DNA of 63,640 nt, filler included, from Licmophora abbreviata (Eukaryota): assembly GCA_900291995.1 (NCBI GenBank). It is 9 parts of 9 records of this genome, joined end to end, with 100 filler letters (N's around TTAATTAATTAA, not from the genome) between each part and the next. Parts side by side here need not be neighbours in the genome. Positions count along the whole stretch, not along the records: positions 58,767 to 60,128 come from OLMU01000772.1; positions 60,229 to 63,640 come from OLMU01000776.1; 7 more parts are not named here. One strand, written 5' to 3'. Below, in pieces: positions 59,271 through 63,640 of the stretch; position 1 is the first letter of the stretch; every line of letters starts with the position of its first letter. The position numbers were made by a program, and so were the translations under genes. Below the pieces are notes generated by a model. The model was not told the DNA's origin. It was given only the letters and a program-made list of their open reading frames with translations, and searched no databases.

Positions 59271-60128
59271 CTAGCTAGCAGCAGCATTATCGTGCATTAA
59301 CGCAGCATCGGCATGTTGGCGCCAGCGTTTTGATGTCCGCACTTGCTCGTCAAGCATGGCACCCATACCACGAAACAGAAAGCTAGTTCGTGCGACAAAG
59401 ACTAGTTGTATACAAGAGTGCAACCACAGGAAGTGAGTGAGTCCGGCGTCATTCGAGAGCACATTTTATGAGATTGCAACAGGGTACTCACCCGCTGGGT
59501 CTGGTATAATGACGAGGGGGTCCATGGCAGCGAGCTTGAGGAGATACAGCTGAGGTGTAGCGCAGCCAAACCTCTTAGCTTCAATGTCACTATCAAAGAA
59601 AAGAGCTGCGTAGCGTGCCATCACATCGTCTTTGCCGTATTTAGTTCGGAAGCCACATTGACGCATAGACTGGGCCACAGCTTCAGTGTCGACGGAACTT
59701 CTGCCGAGCCCCGATACAATCCGGGCCAACGCGAATCGCTCTTCATCGGCAAGACGACGTGTCTGGCCATAGTCGATCAACCCTAACTTCCCATTGTTTA
59801 ATTCCAAACAGTTGCCAGGATGAGGATCGCCGTTGAAACATCCGTCAAGGAAAATTTGATGCCCATGCACATCCACGAGTAGGTCGACGTAGTGTCGCGT
59901 CCGTCGGTAAAGCGACAAGAGACGAGCTGCGCCGACGGTAGAACTGACCCATCGGCGAATTGGACCTTTCGTGTGTTTCGCATACAGATAATCGCGATCA
60001 AACGAGTCTGTTGCGACTTCCTCTTTCAGTGAAAACCCTACGAGAGGAACGACAGGGACGACAATGAGACACCCACCCCGAGTGGAAAAGCCAACACATC
60101 CTCGAGCCTTACCTTCCCGCTTCCTTGT
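59271..60128 (-). CDS. ABC1/aarF atypical kinase, C-terminal exons
   Basis: HQIF.DG.FNGDPHPGN, GLIDYGQ; last exon VARTSFLFRGMG; 5' end lost in the gap. Confidence 0.82.
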
Positions 60129-60228
60129 NNNNNNNNNNNNNNNNNNNNNNNNNNNNNNNNNNNNNNNNNNNNTTAATTAATTAANNNNNNNNNNNNNNNN
60201 NNNNNNNNNNNNNNNNNNNNNNNNNNNN
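60129..60228. other. Assembly gap spacer
   Basis: N44-TTAATTAATTAA-N44. Confidence 0.97.
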
Positions 60229-60494
60229 AAATGGAGCTCGTACAGTGTGGCGCGAAATCATCTGATTCACGAGTCGAATGAGTCAAGCTTCTCAAGTGTG
60301 TTCCCTGTGTGCGGTTGCAAAGCGCTAGCCCTGACCGCCGTCAGTCGATTTGAGTTGTCGAGCGTGTGTTGTCGTCGCGATCCGATGGAAGAGTTCAGCA
60401 GCATTCATTTTAAAAGCCGCGATAGTGCGGGAACCTCTCGAACTTTCTTTGACCTATTTTGCAGTGTCCCGTGAAATAAGAAGAGCTGTGGAAC

Positions 60495-61506
60495 ATGTCT
60501 GAAGGAAAAGGAGAAATGGTGGTGACGGATGCGGTTCCGACCACCCTCGATGCTGAGGACGGCAGCTTCCGTCTGTACTTGGGTGAGGACCACAAGAACT
60601 TGGACTGTCGTTTCTACGAAAACAAGTTTCCTGAAGTTGAGAGTGTCGTAATGGTGAATGTTCGAAATATTGCCGATATGGGTGCCTATGTGTCCCTGTT
60701 GGAGTACAACAACATCGAGGGAATGATTCTCTTGTCTGAACTGTCCCGTCGTCGCATCCGATCCATCCACAAGATCATTCGTGTAAACCGCAGTGAAGTT
60801 GTCATGGTCTTGCGTGTGGACAAGGACAAGGGCTACATTGATCTCAGTAAACGCCGTGTCAGCCCGGAAGATGTCGCAGCGTGTGAGGATCGATTCAACA
60901 AGGCCAAGGCGGTACATGGGGTTCTTCGTCACTTGGCGGAGCGGCGGAAGCTCTATTTGGAAGACTTGTACGAGCGAATTGCGTGGCCTCTTTATCGGAA
61001 ATATGGGCATGCCTATGATGCCTTCAAGCTAGCTATTTCGGATGACAAGAATGCTGGTGACCCGTTTGCGGATATCGACATCCCTCCGGATATGAAAGAC
61101 GAATTAAAAACGTACATTCTTCGACGGCTTGCACCCCAGCCTATCAAAATTCGGAGTGACATCGAAGTCTCTTGCTTTTACTTACGAAGGAAATGATGCC
61201 ATCCAGGAGGCTCTATTTGCGGGCATGGCCCTAAGTACGGACACTTCAGCCATCAAAATCAAGCTCATTGCGCCACCGATTTACGTCTTGTCGACAATGA
61301 CGCTGGACAAGGAAGCGGGGATTGCGCATTTGCAGTCGGCCATTGGTGTGATTCGTGAAAAGATAGTGGAGAAAGGTGGAAAGATGGATGTGAAGATGGC
61401 GCCCAAGGCGGTCAGTCTCAAGGAAGAAACCGAACTCCAAGCCATGATGGATAGGCTAGCATTGGAAAATGAAGAAGTTGATGGCGACGCCCCAGAAGAA
61501 GACTAG
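60495..61506 (+). CDS. EIF2S1: Translation initiation factor eIF2 alpha (apparent +1 frameshift at 61176-61179)
   Basis: [50 protein letters not shown], then TYEG.DAI, IKLIAPP.YV in the next frame. Confidence 0.95.
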
Positions 61507-61833
61507 CTCCACGTTGGGCGCGCCAAGAAGAAGAAGTGCAGTTTATCTTGTCAAGCTTAGTTCTTTCGTGATTGTGCTAGCTAGAGTGAGAGGGGAGCTA
61601 TCGTAGTGCATGGGAGTTAGAGGTTATAGTTGTTGACTTCCACTCGAGCCATGTTTACCGCTTACTCAACTTTTTCAGATACCTCGAACGGCAATGAGTA
61701 CTGCGATTCTACGTGATCACGAGCTCTGCCGTTGCTCGACGCGTTGCATGCCAGTCACGACGACTGTCTTGGCTCACAATGATCTCAAGCTGCCTTCCGT
61801 GCTTAAAACTGCCTGAATCTGTCAACAGTCACC

Positions 61834-62504
61834 ATGGATAAGCTTACCAAAGAACAAAAGGACGAATACGCCGTGTCATTTGCCATTCTGGCTCTTTACG
61901 ATGGAGAAGTGAGTGAAATGAATCGTTCGTGGACCGTCATGGTGGACGCGACCATGAGGATGAGCGGCCCTGCCTTTGCGTTGAGTTCTACGTAGGATGT
62001 ACTGAGGACCCATGACCTTTTGTTTCAAAGAGAGACCGCCTCATGACCATGGCCAGCTAAACTTCTACTTTTCCGCCTTGTATCGTACCTATAGGCTGAA
62101 ATCTCATCAGGGCAGATCACGACGCTCTTGGAGGCAACAGGAAACACTGAAGTCGAGGCATTTTACCCGATCATCTTTGCGAACTACCTGTCCGACCCCT
62201 CAAAGGTTGCAGCCCTGATCGCATCGCCAGGAGGAAGTGGCGGCGGCGGAGGAGGAGGCGGCGGAGGAGCCGGTGGTGGTGGAGATGCCGCAGAAGAAGT
62301 TGAGGAGGAGAAGCCTGAAGAAGAGGAGATGGATATCGGTGGGGGAATGGTGAGTAGCGATTGGTAGAATCGGTGTGGTGTTTGCATCTGTGTAGCGATG
62401 GATCGCCTTCCTTTTCGTTCGTGTGACATGCTTCTCACTTGATTCCTCTTTGCTGCCATTTCAAGGACATGTTCGGAGGAGAAGGAGGCGATGGCGATTA
62501 CTAG
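61834..62504 (+). CDS. RPLP1: 60S acidic ribosomal protein P1
   Basis: Exons 61834-61908, 62095-62349, 62466-62504; FAILALYDG.AEISS.QI..LL.A.GN.EVE.FYP, Gly hinge, acidic tail MDMFGG...DY. Confidence 0.88.
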
Positions 62505-62811
62505 GTTCATAGTCAATCTTAACTCGTTAGCATACTGCTCGAAACACATCAGGATTGCAGCAGAGATTCGTTTCAACTGAATCGTCATCATGCTCTAGAT
62601 TGCTTCAATCTAGGCTTTGAGGGGGGCAATATGCACGATAGAGTTATCTTTTCGTGGATAGCTAGAGCAACAGAGGCCAGTGCACGAAGTCAGCAACTAT
62701 CGTGTTATTGTTGATACCAGGTACCAATCATGCTGCACGCAATCGATTGCGATACCCGGCAAAGCACGGTGTTTGTCCACAACTGCAACCATGGGTGGCA
62801 AAAGTATCCTC

Positions 62812-63566
62812 TTAAAACGCGGGGTTTCCAATAAGCGCTGGTACTGATCCCGGAATGCTGTTGGCCGCGAAGAAAGACATGATTGCGATCATGGCCAGAC
62901 GGCCGTTGTTCAGTTCACGGTCCTGCTTCAACTTCATTGTCTTTTCGCTTACTCCACTGAAATCAATCGGCGGGAACACCATCGTCGGCATTGGTCCACC
63001 CTTCGTATAATGAGTACCCTTCGACTCAGTGACAACCTCAGCGACAAATATAGTGAGCAATATCTGGAGTTTTCCGCCCATGGGTACAGCGTCCCAAGCA
63101 TCAAGAGGGTTCATCGGGGACAGAGATTCGAATGAAACATCCTTACTCAGCATTCCTGGGAAATGATATCCGGCTGCTTGTACGAGATACCCTGTAGTCG
63201 CCACCATGGCAACACGAGAGTGCTTAAGCTCGGCGGCGCGAAACCACAGGAGCGTCTCCTCAGTTCCAACCTCGGACAACTTGAGGGGGTCGAACGTGTT
63301 GATCGGAAAGGTGTTTCCCGCCATATCATCCAAAGACAGATGCGCAACGGTGCGAGCAGTCTATTATCGAAGAAAGATCAGGCAAAGAACAAAGACAGAG
63401 AGTAAGAACCCGGGGTAGACCTAAAGGGCAACAATGCTTGCAGAAGCCTTTTCGAAGCTTCAATTTCTTCTCGATTCCATCAGACGATTCGCACCTTGGG
63501 CTGCGACGCCGGGGCGAACGCGGCGGCATAGCCAGCGAGGGTAAGGCAGAGAGTGGCGACCTTCAT
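62812..63566 (-). CDS. Fucoxanthin-chlorophyll a/c light-harvesting protein (LHC/FCP, possibly Lhcq-type)
   Basis: Exons 63566-63495 and 63360-62812; AAAFAP leader, FDPL.L, WFRAAELKHSRVAM, ELNNGRLAM, IPGSVP. Confidence 0.93.
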
Positions 63567-63640
63567 CTTCTTTCAATACGCTTTTCTAAACAACGTGTTC
63601 GAATGCAATGCAGCAGATGTGAGAAACCGGCTTGAAGTTT

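Noticed and set aside
10804..60184. TTAATTAATTAA recurring eight times
   Set aside because: Always centred in 44+44 Ns; an artificial six-frame-stop scaffold linker, not a biological repeat or CRISPR array
61191..61196. AAA-TGA at the end of the first eIF2-alpha ORF, resembling a Euplotes-type +1 frameshift site
   Set aside because: The conserved CFTYEG requires the shift earlier, at the T4 run; the other broken genes lack this motif

Overview
A gene-dense, intron-containing eukaryotic nuclear scaffold. A diatom, probably pennate, is inferred from the bipartite plastid-targeting 'ASAF/AFAP' N-termini, an FCP/LHC gene, a plastid ferritin and short GT-AG introns. It contains about 36 protein-coding loci, including SSRP1, a SAM-kinesin-13, SepSecS, NDH-2, a nucleotide-sugar transporter, ferritin, a GMC oxidoreductase, CNX1/gephyrin, an LRR protein, an ATXR3/SDG2-like SET protein, ESF2, N6AMT1, argininosuccinate lyase, eIF2-alpha, RPLP1 and an LHC. 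It also holds two degraded pseudogenes (HAD hydrolase, SDR) and a diverged ~170-200 bp direct repeat. Eight artificial 100-nt spacers (N44-TTAATTAATTAA-N44) break the assembly, and several single-base frameshifts, mostly at homopolymers, look like sequencing errors. I saw no tRNA, rRNA, CRISPR array or intact transposon, and I cannot claim a proven new system. The best leads are: an LRR gene built from symmetric phase-1 exon cassettes (66/72/72/144/144/72 nt); a bromo-SET-HMG-CW-Tudor ATXR3-like fusion; CNX1 with a degenerate G domain; a type II SGNH-like protein with paired RRL motifs; a repeat-bounded HAD-pseudogene/GMC segment next to ferritin; and a structured RPLP1 intron. All family assignments come from motifs recognised by eye, not from database searches.
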